A DNA stretch of 63,084 nucleotides, counting the filler, from Patellaria atrata CBS 101060 (taxonomy: Eukaryota), in the NCBI GenBank assembly GCA_010093705.1. It is 5 parts of 5 records of this genome, joined end to end, with 100 filler letters (N's around TTAATTAATTAA, not from the genome) between each part and the next. Parts side by side here need not be neighbours in the genome. Positions count along the whole stretch, not along the records: positions 1 to 29,533 come from MU006106.1; positions 29,634 to 35,661 come from MU006116.1; positions 35,762 to 50,878 come from MU006118.1; 2 more parts are not named here. The stretch is one strand, 5' to 3'. The position numbers and the translations under genes were made by a program. The notes under the pieces are model-generated. The model ran no database searches. It was not told the DNA's origin and saw only the letters and a list, made by a program, of their open reading frames with translations. Within the stretch, counting starts at the first letter, position 1. Each line of letters begins with the position of its first letter. This document shows positions 24,645-36,627 of the stretch, one piece after another.

Positions 24645-27600
24645 ATGTCAAGTATCAAGGCCGCTTTGAAGGCCGCAAAAGCGGCGCTGGATGCGCAGAA
24701 ATATGAGGATGCAGTTGTACAAGCTAATAATGTGCTTGCATCCGATCCACAGAACTATTTCGCGTAGGTAACCTTACTCACTGTATCATCGTAATCTCTC
24801 ATTTGGATGCTTTCATCTCGCTAACTAAGTCAGTACCATATTCCTAGGCAGAGCTCATGAGAAATCAGAAAACTACGAGGATGCCGCGAAGGCATACACC
24901 AGCGCAACGAAGTTAAAGCCGAAAGATGACCAAGCATGGTTAGGTTTGCGGAGTCTATACGAGAGTCAGGGAAGTAGTAAAGTTGATGAGTATATCACCG
25001 TTGGAGTGAGGCTGGCAGAGATCTATGGCGAAACGTAATGCATACTGTCCTTTCCATGATTACTTTTGTACGGTACTAATTTTTAATATATAGCGACGAT
25101 AACCATAGATGCGCCTCCGCTATACACAAAGTCACAGATCTTGTCAAAGTAAAAGGAACAACTGCAGATTTAAAACGTACATTAGAAATACAGTTACCAA
25201 CAAGCCCGATATACAGTTACATAGAAGGCTTTGTACCTCACCCTTCCCACACATATCTAAGACTCGCGGAGATTATTGAGAATGAGGAGAAGGAACGTAT
25301 AAACAAACTGATTGGAGAAAGGAGGACCCGTCTAGGAGCTAGAATTGCACAAGTCACAACGGAAGCCAAGCGGGAGGTACTCAGTAACAGCCCTCTGGAG
25401 GACATATACCAGAAGATCATCGATTGGACCAACGACGACGATGTGCGGCGAGATCATGAGGAAAAGCTCCTTCGGCGGTGTCTCGAGCTTTTACATGTGC
25501 TTCCCAAGGAACATAAGGAGACCAAAAGGAAGGAGGTTGAAAAGATTGCTCGTGGGATGGTCATTGTCAAGCATAAGTTTCAGATTGCGTGGTGTATTGA
25601 CATCGAATGGAAAGATGTTGAAAATATCCAAGAGCATGACGGAGGTGTTTTACGAGAGTTTGTCGAATTCTTCCCAGAGAGTGGCCTTTCCGAAGTACTT
25701 AAGGGTTACCTAGGTAGCGAGATATCTCCGTTCCCACTACCGCAAAAGGATGATACAAACCAACAAAACGGAGAGAGCGATGATAACCAAGATGCAATTC
25801 TGAGTACTGAGGATCGGCTAATACTAATGACAGAAGGTTTGGACCTGTGTAAAGAGTCCATACTGGCTCATCGCTTGATGGGAGATTACTACCTCTATCT
25901 TGAAGAATACGAAAGTGCAGTTGATATTGCGCGTAAGGGGCTCCGTTTTGTTCGCTCTGAAACTGATAAATCCGGACTTGCGTTAAGAAATCATATCGAT
26001 GCACTGAATATAATACTAGCAACGTCCTTGATCCACTACCAGTCCCCCAAGAATCATCCTGAAGCGAAGTCAATTTTCAACGAGCTGCTAAAGCGCAAGC
26101 CCTCCTCCACCCCAGCTCTGATAGGTGTTGGATTGATTCTCGAGGAAGAAGAAGAGTACGAAGCGGCAATTGATTTTTTAGGCCGTGCGCTAATGAAGGA
26201 TCCTGGGAATACACGTATAGGGGCAGAGGTAGCATGGTGCAAAGCACTAAATGGCAATCTAACTAAAGGCTTAGAAGAACTTGAGACATACGTTGAACAG
26301 ATGGAAGTAACTGACACACGGTCTCGAGATTTACGCTCTCAAACACTATACCGAATAGGAAAATGTATGTGGGACTTAAACCCGGCACGAGCGGCACGGA
26401 AGGACCGTAATGGAGCTTACACTAAATATCTTGCATCTATCAAGACGAATCCGAATTATGCGCCAGCCTACACAAGCCTTGGATTCTTCTACTCGGATTA
26501 CGCCAGGGACAAGAGGAGGGCGCGGCAATGCTTCCAAAAAGCATTCGAACTATCAGTCTTTGAAATTGAGGCTGCTGAAAGACTAGCAAGAGCCTTCGCA
26601 GACGAAGGAGATTGGGACATAGTGGAGGTAGTCGCTCAGCGTGCTATAGACTCAGGCAAACGGAGACCCGCGCCTGGTTCGAAGAAGAAGGGTATTAGCT
26701 GGCCGTACTCTGCTCTCGGCGTGGTGCAGATGAACAAACAAGAATACGCGAAGGCTGTAGTATCGTTTCTTGCAGCATTGCGGATTAGTCCCGATGACTA
26801 TCATTCATATGTGGGCCTTGGAGAAGCATATCATAATTCAGGTCGTTACAATTCCGCGGCTCGAACATTCAACTACGCTGAACATCCAGAAGATGGAGTT
26901 CAAATGAAAAAGACTGGCGAAAGTTGGTTTACACAATATATGCTCGCAAATGTAAAGAGAGAACTGGGCCAGTATGATGATGCAATAGATGGTTATAAAC
27001 ACGTTCTGAGTGATCGGCCGACGGAATTTGGTGTCTCGATAACTCTACTCCAGACGTTGGTGGAACGAGCTTGGAGGTGTGTTGAAACAGGATTCTTTGG
27101 GAAAGCAGCTGATAGTGCAATAGAAGCTATTGGTATAGCTGAAGGCATAGCTAAATACAGACCTGATGCTTTCAATCTGTGGAAAGCACTGGGAGACGCA
27201 TCTTCTGTCTTTTCTTTCGTCCAGAGCCGTTTGAAGGACCTCCCTTTCGAAAAGGTCCAAAGTCTCCTTGGAAAGGGGGTGTCAGTAGATCAATATGATT
27301 TATTCCAAGAAGCCGACGGTATCAATAAAGCATCGCTACAAACTCTTACAAGTGAAGACGAAGGCTTAAATTCCCCATCTTCTATTCTCCCACGCTGCTT
27401 AAACGCTTCAATTCTCGCCCATAAACGAGCAATCAATAGTTGTGCACACGATATACACGCACAAGCCGTAGCATGGTTTAACCTTGGGTGGACTGAGTTC
27501 CGAGTTCATAAATGTCTCGAAACAGATTCCGCAACAGGACAGACTAAGCAGCAGAACAAGTTTTTGAAAGCTTCAATGCGATGTTTCAAACGTGCAATCG

Positions 27601-29024
27601 AGCTTGAGGCTGGAAACTCAGAATTTTGGAACGCGTTAGGAGTCGTGACAACAAAAATGAATCCAAAAGTGGCCCAACACTCGTTCGTCAGGAGTCTACA
27701 CCTTAACGAACGGAGCGTAAGGACATGGACTAACTTGGGCGTCCTGTATCTTCTACAGAACGATTTGGAGTTAGCACATCAAGCTTTCTCTCGTGCTCAG
27801 TCTACCGATCCTGACTACGCCCACGCATGGCTTGGAGAAGGTCTGGTCGCTCTGCTTTGGGGTGATACGAAAGAAGCTCTAGCCCATTTTACACATGCAT
27901 ATGAGATATCAGACTCCGGCTCCCTTATCGCAAAACGTCAATATACCCTTTCCGCATTTGACCATCTCATATCCTCCTCAAATACCTTAACTAGTATAAA
28001 TGACCTAATCCAACCTCTATTCGCCCTCGAACAACTCCGCTCCCAAGAGCCCTCCGACCTCCCTCATAACCATCTTGCAGCCCTCTTTCTCGAACGCGTT
28101 GGCAAACACGATGAAGCCATCACTACCCTCGAAGCGATCTGCACCACCGCAGAATCTAACTACGAGGTCTCCGAATCCCCCTCTGAGCTCTCCACTTTCG
28201 CCAAAGCAAAGACAGACCTGGCACGCAACCGCCTCGCAGTCGACGACTACAGCAACGCGGCCACAGACGCCGAAACCGCCCTCGACCTCATGTCCGAAGA
28301 GGACAGCACGACACTGTCCAAAGACGCGCTCCGCCGCACTCGTCTATCCGCTCATATCACAACCGGCCTATCGCACTTCTACCTCTGCGACATCGACGCC
28401 TCCCTCGCTACTTTCCGCACCGCGCTCGAAGAAAGCGGTTCCGCGCCCGACGTCGTCTGCCTCCTTGCCCGCATTCTCTGGGCTAAAGGTGGCACAGACG
28501 AGAAAGCCGTCGCGAAAGAGCAACTCTTCGACGCTATTGAACGGCATCCCGGTCACGTCGGCGCGAGCGTGCTCATCGGTGCCATTGCGGCGATCGAGGG
28601 AGACGAGGAGACGATGGAGGCTGTGAGAGATGATCTCGAGTCTCTCCGTACCGAACCCAAGCTCTCTTACCAGCAAAAGAAGAATGTAGAGGGTGTGCTT
28701 GAGGCCATCGCTGCACTTGGGCCGGGTGGGGATGAAGCGGAACTGGAGCAGTTGCGGACGGCGATTATGTTGACGCCGGCGGGGAGTCATGGGTGGAGCT
28801 TGCTTGCTGGTGCTGTGGAAGGGGATGGGGAGTTTGCGGCACGCATGGCGTTGAAGACGGCGCAGAGACAGGTACCGCCGAGAGGGGCGATTGGAGCGGA
28901 GGAGCTTGCGAGGACGTTTGCGGGGACGGGGAGTGTGGGTGATGCGCAGAGAGCGGTTATGGTTGCGCCGTGGTTGCGGGATGGATGGGAGTGCTTGGTC
29001 GAAGCGGTGGATGGGGTGGCGTGA
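24645..29024 (+). CDS. SKI3: Superkiller complex TPR subunit Ski3; two 5' introns
   Basis: Starts MSSIKAALKAAKAALDAQKY. Long TPR solenoid of about 1,400 aa with NYAPAYTSLGFFYSDY, CFQKAFELS, VAQHSFVRSLHLNERS and C-terminal QRAVMVAPW. Confidence 0.88.
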
Positions 29025-29577
29025 TGGAATTGGGGGTAAGGGAGGTAGGTAGACGCTTTAGGGGTGGAGGCGGAATGTCCTCAATATTAAGAAGCGATGA
29101 ATCATGAACTTACAAATATAGGCTACTGTAAAATGACTACAACCGATGTCACCCATGATGAGAATGCTGTCCCTGAGTCTCACATGCGTACGTACCTTAT
29201 TTGTGAAGATTATTTTATATCCACCAGCTCAGTCCTTAGATATACCTCAGAAACTCCCACCAGGAACTAATGTAACCTCCGACGCAAAGAATAAAACAGC
29301 ATCTTCTCGTTAGCAATTCCGCACTTCGAGTCGGGGATGAGTGCGAAGAGCGCTCAGTCGGACGTTAACAGAAAATTTATAAGGACTGTGAAGTCGATAG
29401 ACGGGTCATTTACTCCATCCCCACAGAATCCTACACGCCCTCATGGAAACCCCCTTCAACCTCATCCCAGCCAGATATCCACACAAAATTCCACTCCACC
29501 CCCTTTCCCCTAAACCTCACCTCCCCCCCTCCCNNNNNNNNNNNNNNNNNNNNNNNNNNNNNNNNNNNNNNNNNNNN

Positions 29578-29589
29578 TTAATTAATTAA
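29578..29589. other. Artificial scaffolding linker TTAATTAATTAA within N runs (also 35706-35717, 50923-50934, 59299-59310)
   Basis: Identical 12-mer with stops in all frames, flanked by short N blocks at four places. Confidence 0.9.
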
Positions 29590-29632
29590 NNNNNNNNNNN
29601 NNNNNNNNNNNNNNNNNNNNNNNNNNNNNNNN

Positions 29633-32600
29633 NGCAGAGGTTTTGTCAGTCCGTCTGCCGGCATCTCAAACGTAGGCTTCCATTCTACGTTTATCCGGTC
29701 ATGCTGAACCTCTTGCCTCAGCCAGAGGTGGTGGATATCCACGTGTCTGAGTTTAGTTGTCAACTGAGGTTCAGGTGCTTTGAGAAGCCGTATCGTCTGT
29801 TGATTGTCGCACCAAATTGAGCTTCGGTGCTCTGGATCAAAGTTGATCGCTTCAAAGAAGCGGTTCCACGCTACCATCTCCCTGGTAGCAAAGCTGAGAG
29901 CTAACAGCTCAGCTTCTGTGCTTGAGGTGGTGACTGTCTTCTGCTTTGAGGCCTGCCAGTCAATTGGTCCACCGAATAGTGAAAAGAGGAACCCCTGAGA
30001 GCTCCGTCTGTCGAGGTTATCTGCAAATGAGGCGTCAGAGGAGCTTGTAAACACCCTTCCAGTCGACGTTCCGTCGTACTGAATTGCAAGGTGCTTGTGG
30101 TGCTTCAGGTAAGCCAGCACTTGATTTGCAGCTTCTAGGTGCTTACTTGACGGATTCTTAAGGAATTCCGATAGCTTGCTATGGGCCTTTGCGACGTCTG
30201 GTCTGGTTATGATGCTCAACCAGCCAATAGAGCCGACCCGAGTGTTGTATGCCGATATACGGCTTGGTGGTGCTTCGTCTGAGACGTTCTGAACGAGCTC
30301 TTCTGAGGGAAGGGGAGTATGTCTCATCCGGCAGTTTTGAAGCTCAAATTTGTTTATGAGCTTGTCAATATAGGCATCTTGACACAGCCATATCTTCAAA
30401 TTTGGTCTGTCGCGAACGATACGTATGCCCAAAAAGTACTGGATATCTCCAAGATCTCGCATGGGGAATTTTCCCATCACTTTGTCTTTGAATTCGTGGA
30501 GCTTCGTCGCAAATTGAGAACGTGCTAATAGCACTATGTCGTCCACGTAGAAAAACACTACTATTGTGCCATCAGTAAACAAGCAATTGACACCAGGAAC
30601 CAGCACCATTCCCAGCTCTTCCAGAGCCGTTGAAAACAACTGATACCAGAGCCGAGGTGATCTCTTCAGCCCGTACAACGCTTTGTGAAGCTTCATGACG
30701 AGCCCCTGCTTATGGAATCCGTCTAGATACCTGCAGTAGACTTCGTCATCAAGATCACTGTTGACAAAGGCATTGACAGCGTCTAGCTGTACGGCTTCGA
30801 GATTAAAAGCGGCTGCTATAGACAGTATGGCCCTGATTGTACGGGCGGTGAGAGTAGCTGCGTACGTGTCGAGTTCTATCTGGTGTAAATCGCCTCTGAC
30901 ACAAAGTCTTGCCTTTGTCTTTGTCAGAAATCCCTCTGCGTTGGTTTTGTACGTAAACACCCAAATAAGTGGAAGTATCTGCTTAGTACTACCGATACTC
31001 GTCGAGCTGACTGGCTCGTACGTGCCACGGCTCTGAAGCGCTGACATCTCCAGCTCCATAGCGGCGAGGAACTAAGCCCTGTAGGGGTGCTTCAAAACGT
31101 CCTTGTAGTATTTTGGGGGAGGTGGCAGATCGTCTTGATGAGTCGGCTTCAGGTCTGACAGCTGTTTAGCTACATGCTGAGCGTAGAATATAGCTGGATC
31201 GTCGAATTTGCGTGGTTTTCGGGCCCGTTTTGAGCCCTCTGGGAGAATGTTGGTTTCGGCCATCTGGGAGGAAATCTCTATGGCCCGTGGGGCCCGTTTC
31301 CGACGGGTATTTACCCCTGAACCCCTATTCTGACTGGTATGAAGCTCGCTTTGGATCTGCTGCTCCACTAGCTCTTCCTGTGTGGGTTTATCTTGCCCCC
31401 TCTCTACCTCTATTACCTCTCCTTCTTCATCTGTCCTTAAAGAAGACGACGATTGCCTCTGTCGTGGATGGTCGGAGAGTGATACGCTTGGCGGCGCGGC
31501 CTCGGGGTCTTCCATAGCATCAGCTGAATCCGTAGGGCCACTGAGACTCGTTTCTTGCGCTTCGTCAGCATTTCCAGCTGTTCTATCTAGTTGCTGTGGT
31601 TGTGCTGAGAGTTAAGGTGTTGAAGTTGGTGTTAAAACATGCGAATTTGACGGTGAGTCTGATGTTGGAGGTGTGTCTGGAGGGGGGGTAGGAAATGTCC
31701 CGGACTGGTCCACCCTTCCATCTTTGGCCTTGCCAACTGCTGTTTGCGTCGTCTGCTTCAAATTGCAAACTTGAGTCGCCTCAGCGTCCACGATATCTTC
31801 AAGGAGCACTGGTTCGTCAACTTCTTCAATTGTAGTGACCATAGGGGGAACTTCAAGCATAACGATCACCTCATCAGCTCTCTCACGTAGTAAATGACCG
31901 AAATCCAGCACTGTTGGATCATAGAACCGATCTTCGTCGAATTTGATGTCTCTGGAGCGGAACACCCGTTTCCTGCTGGGAACCCAGATTCTGTAAATAT
32001 TCGTGGAGTCGTATCCAACAAGATAACCAATCAGAGCTCTTGGCTGGAGCTTCTATAAATGTGGAATATGCTTGTCGAGTACGTATGCCCTGCAGCCGTA
32101 CGTTTTGAGGTGACTGATATCTGGCTTCCTGTCAAGGCTCAACCTCAGATGAGAGCTGAAAGGTATATTGCTGTATGTACATGAAGCTTAAACTTAAGGA
32201 AAGAAAGTAAAAGAGAGTATCAGAACAGCGTGAGCTGTTCTATTAAAGTAAAACATGACTAAGCTACTGGATCATGCATGCAGCTTAAACTTAAGGAAAG
32301 AATGTAAGAGAAAGTGCCAGAACAACGTAAGTTGTTCTATTAAAGTATAGCATAGCTAAGCCGATGGATCATCCAAGGCACTTATACCTATCGGGTCTAA
32401 CCCGTGACACTTCCGTCCGGTCACAAATTCAAAAGGAGTCTTCCAGTTGAGAGCTTTATGGGGAGTCCGATTGCTTATATAAACCACTGCTGCCACCACT
32501 TCTGGCCACAACTCCCACGGAATCATAGCATCTGTCGCCAACGTGCGTGCTTTGGTTAGTATCACCCTTCCAGAGCGTTCAGCACCACCGTTTTGGCCCG

Positions 32601-33357
32601 GTGTATCTGGAGCTGAAGGCTCTGCAACCGTTCCGGTCTCGTCTAACAGCTGTTGATGCATTTTTCCGAAGGACGTTTCGTTGTCACTATGGAATGTCTG
32701 AACCTTCTCTCCGAATTGAGTTTCCGTCCGTTTAAAGTACTTTCTATTGCTAATATTCGCAGCTAGCTTTGTTACTGACGTTTCTAGATCAATCCAGGAG
32801 GAGTAGATATCTCGGTAGTGTCCGAGATATCGATGGCCGTTGTAGCCAGGAGGGAAAGAGATGATGTCAAAGGACACTCTTTGGAAGATACGTGTTGCTG
32901 GATTCTCCAGCCCGCGTGGTCGTCTGCTTACCAATTCAGTTGCTTTTGAGACAGCACAGACTTCACACTCAATAGTAGATGGTGCTCGGCTATCTATTTC
33001 AGCTCCAACCACTCCGGTTGTTAAATGCTGAATTGCTTCTGGACCAGCATGGCCCATGATTCGGTGCCAACGTCTCGTTGTAGCACTGATTGGGGGTCTC
33101 GGATCCGTGGACTTGTAAGCCGCGAAAACAGATCCGGTGGGTTTGCTGACTTCTTTATAGTTCAGCAGATAGTGATTGCCTTTTTCCAGGACTTTGCACA
33201 TCTCGGTGCCATCGCTGAATTCAAGACAATCGCCTCGGTGGTTCCAGTAGATGCCACGCTTCTTCTTTATCAGCTCCAAGCCGACGACAGAGGCGTTGAA
33301 ATCCGGACAGAGATAAGCTTCTATTAAGTGGAGATTCCGTTTTCCTACAGGACCTTC
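29633..33357 (-). mobile_element. Degenerate Ty1/copia LTR retrotransposon pol (GAG-pre-integrase, integrase, RT, RNase H)
   Basis: WHRIMGH...CEVC, integrase FHSDNE...QNGGAER, KARLCVRGD, QLDAVNAFVN, LYGLKRSPRLW, FFYVDDIV, TEAELLAL, RHVDIHHLWLRQ, ADGLTKPL in INT-RT-RH order. Several in-frame stops. Interrupted by a solo LTR and truncated at both ends. Confidence 0.92.
32130..32409. mobile_element. Solo LTR (family A, 280 bp) inserted in the copia integrase region
   Basis: TGTCA...TGACA termini with 5-bp TSD CTTCC (32125-32129 and 32410-32414). Internal ~107-bp imperfect tandem duplication. Confidence 0.85.
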
Positions 33358-33694
33358 TGTGAGATTGTGGATAACTGAATATAGTCGCTTGATTCTCCGT
33401 ACAACTACGGATTCTATCTAGTGTTTATATAATGACAGACCACCTTATTGATTAACCCTTTGACGTCACGAAGCCTAGCTACGTAATCTCCAAATCAAGG
33501 CGAATATAACGATACTACCTACGTCAGATATAAAATAAGAGATGACATTAAAAGAGTGAGCTAATGTTATAGTTTTGATGATACTTAACCGATAAGTCGG
33601 AGCCGAGCATTTAGCTCTGAAAATCTCCAACACGAACTCCTGGAGATCCTGACGATCTTCCAACATAAGGCTATCGGGGATCAGCTATCTGACA
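33358..33694. mobile_element. Solo LTR (family B, 337 bp), complete copy
   Basis: TGTGAGA...TCTGACA termini. Near-identical copies at 35360-35661, 44127-44395 and 50979-51253. Flanks CCTTC / CCCAG do not match. Confidence 0.82.
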
Positions 33695-33935
33695 CCCAGG
33701 GTAGGTGGGATGTGTCTATGCACGCTAAAAAGTTCTCTGTCAGTGCACGGAGAGTGACGGAAGGTTAGGGCTGCCCTAGATCCGACGGGACCTGACGAGG
33801 TCGGCCGAAGTTTGCTGTCTGTGCACGCTAAAGTTCCATGTGTCTCTGCATCCGACGCTAAAACGTCATGTGTCAGTGCGTAGGTTTATGCGGCCCTGGT
33901 CCCGATGACCCAGCTTCATAAGTGCGACAACTGAT

Positions 33936-34471
33936 ATGATGGATATAACGGTGCTATCTACAAAAGGACAGGTCCAAGCGGCTTTGGGGTATGACAACGA
34001 TCAGTGGAAACAATTTCTAGTGAGTATGGCCCATTGCTCTCCATGAATCAAGTATTTAGTATAAGAAAATTACTAGAGACGAGGGGGACGCTCTCGTATT
34101 TGGAGATGATAAGTTTTGGGCGGATGTAGGGATCTCCTTCGAAAACCAAGTATCGTGGAAAACGATCCCCCCAGCAGTCAAGATAAACTTTATCGACTAT
34201 GTAAGCGGAATCTTAAGTAGCAAAGGTTTAACATCCTGGAATGCCGATATTGCGGGTTGGCGCATGCCAAAAGTACTTCAAAGCACTAAAGAAGCAATCC
34301 GTGAAGCGGGTGAGTATCCTAGAACATGTGTGAATAAATATTAACTCTAACGGATCCACACAAGTTACATTAGAATTAACCCCCACGTCACAAGAATCGG
34401 GACGGAGGTTCTACGATCCTGTTCGCGATTCATCGTTGATTCCGGATCAAGCAGGAGAGTCGAGCAACTAG
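33936..34471 (+). CDS. Putative 3-exon orphan protein (~145 aa), not in the ORF track
   Basis: MMDITVLSTKGQVQAALGYDNDQWKQFL | GTGAGT intron | KITRDEGDALVFGDDKFWAD...WRMPKVLQSTKEAIREA | GTGAGT...CTAAC...CAAG intron | VTLELTPTSQESGRRFYDPVRDSSLIPDQAGESSN*. The frame stays open across both introns. Confidence 0.5.
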
Positions 34472-35359
34472 ATTTACTGGGGCTTGACGCGCCATATTGA
34501 ATCAAGTTACGTTGAAAGCAAGCAGTTCAGGATAAGGACAAGTTACCGCGCCTTCTTAGGGTAGCACATAATCGAATCAAATGAGTTTTGGGGCTTCTTG
34601 TACAATACTGCAAAGCCGACGATCTAATTCTTTATTCTCATCTTGCAGCAGTTTTGATAAGTTTTGAGCCCCTTCTCGAGGCTCTTAGTTCTCAGATCCA
34701 GTCTTGAGCTTCATGGCGGTGTGGGCGACATTCGTCTATGGTGAACCAATTCATGCAGAGACGGCCTAATCCGGAGGATAAGAAAATATTGTCACATATT
34801 CTAATCTAAGAAATAATAGAATATACAGAACCACACGACAAATTCGGAAGGGGAGAGGACAGCCCCTTTACGCCACTTAGAACCATAATCTAGGATCAGG
34901 TGTAAGAATAGCGTGAAACCGAGTTCCGCGACAAGACGATATTAGCGGAGATTCATTGAACGGTATAAACTAATGAAGTGAGTGAGATCTCCTGCATCAT
35001 CAACTATAGTTTAATGCAGTCCCCCTAAAGGAATACTCTAGAAGTAGGACGTAGCGTAGAACGAGAACCCACACGCAACAATTATTGAACGCGGCATCAG
35101 CGGTTGGAAAGCTTTGACCGACTAACTAGGACAGGGACTGAAGGTTCATGCTGTAAGATAGGATTTATCTTAAATCAAGAGGTTGTAACAACCTATTTAC
35201 TCCATAAATTTTTCTCTTCTTTCTACCTACTGATAGTTGGAACTTCTAAGCTACCGCCTTAGTTATCTTTACTTTCATAATCCATCTTCTAGAAGGTTTT
35301 ATCATAATGTCTAATATTCCTTCGAAGATTCTTTCCTCAATAACTAATCTAGTTCAAAC

Positions 35360-35661
35360 TGTCAGATGGCTGATCCCCGATAGCCTTATGTTGGAAGATC
35401 GTCAGGATCTCCAGGAGTTCGTGTTGGAGATCTTCAGAGCTAAATGCTCAGCTCCGACTTATCGGTTAAGTATCACCAAAACTATAACATTAGCTCACTC
35501 TTTTGATGTCATCTCTTATTTTATATCTGACGTAGGTAGTATCGTTATGTTCGCCTTGATTTGGAGATTACGTAGCTAGGCTTCGTGACGTCAAAGGGTT
35601 AATCAATAAGGTGGTCTGTCATTATATAAACACTAGATAGAATCCGTAGTTGTACGGAGAA
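35360..35661. mobile_element. LTR family B copy, inverted relative to 33358-33694, truncated by gap
   Basis: Starts TGTCAGATGGCTGATCCCC; near-identical reverse complement of 33358-33694. Confidence 0.85.
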
Positions 35662-36002
35662 NNNNNNNNNNNNNNNNNNNNNNNNNNNNNNNNNNNNNNN
35701 NNNNNTTAATTAATTAANNNNNNNNNNNNNNNNNNNNNNNNNNNNNNNNNNNNNNNNNNNNACCAGCGATTTATATCGCAGGCTGCATTAAAGGAACTAA
35801 AAGCGATATAAAAAATCTAATTTGACCGGCTGATTGCGTAAGGTTGATTTTACCTTTCTATCGAATTATATCTGCATTTACTTGAAGATTTACCCTTTAC
35901 TGATTTGCAGCAAGTTTTTTAAATCAGTAATACCCCTGCTCTTCAGGTGCGCACGGTCCACATTTAAATCAGTTATACATTTACTGATTTAAGCATTGCA
36001 GT

Positions 36003-36520
36003 TAGGTTTGGCAAAGTGATAGGATACGTATAACAAAAGGCACTTTAAGTTGTCGACATAACTTGCTGACTCCTTGACTTCGGGTAACGCTCACAATGAG
36101 ATAAGACGTACTATATGGAAACAGTGTAACAAGTGAAGTCAAGTTCGAAACCGTAACATCCAAATCTATGGGTAAGATTGATGGTAAGAATAACTACGAA
36201 GAGTCTAAATATATGAGGGAAAGACCGTCCTTAAATATTCAAATCCTCCTAGTTCAATTTGGTGGTGCTCAACCTGTTCTATGCTCAATACCCCTCGAGC
36301 ACTGTTGAACATCGATCACGTTTGCTCAAGTCTGCTCTATGCTCGATACCCCTCGAGCGCCGTTGAACATCGATCACGTTTGCTCGAGTCTGCTCTATAC
36401 TCGATACCCCTCGAGCGCCGTTGACCATCGATCACGTCACGTGACCTCCGTGTTAGTTGTTCCGTTCCGGCACCTCGTGCTACCGTTCTACTGGTGATGC
36501 TGTCTTTCTGTCCTATGCAT
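36003..36520 (-). mobile_element. LTR fragment related to the TGTTACGGCCACA gypsy LTR family
   Basis: 36003-36270 is the reverse complement of about 52785-53050. GTCACGTGA block at ~36436-36445 is shared with copies at 46573, 47000 and 52627. Confidence 0.65.
36274..36437. repeat. Tandem repeat, about 3 x 58 bp
   Basis: Unit CTGCTCTATGCTCGATACCCCTCGAGCGCCGTTGAACATCGATCACGTTTGCTCGAGT starting at 36274, 36332 and 36390. Confidence 0.9.
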
Positions 36521-36627
36521 CCGAAGATTAGCCAGTAATATTTTCCTTAAACCTACCTTTAGACTCTTCTCTTCTTCTTTATCTTGATTGTAGATAGTAT
36601 CTAGACTAGATAGTTGGAACACAATTA

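Noticed and set aside
29534..29632. Repeated TTAATTAATTAA motif in N runs (four places)
   Set aside because: Artificial six-frame-stop scaffolding linker, not biological. ORFs running through N runs are artefacts.
33475..33666. Recurrent small ORF MLEDRQDLQEFVLEIF... (also 35307 and 51034)
   Set aside because: Lies inside the family-B LTR; it recurs because the LTR is copied, with no evidence of coding.
36274..36437. Possible CRISPR-like array
   Set aside because: Head-to-tail 58-bp tandem units with no unique spacers, in a eukaryotic LTR context, and no cas genes.
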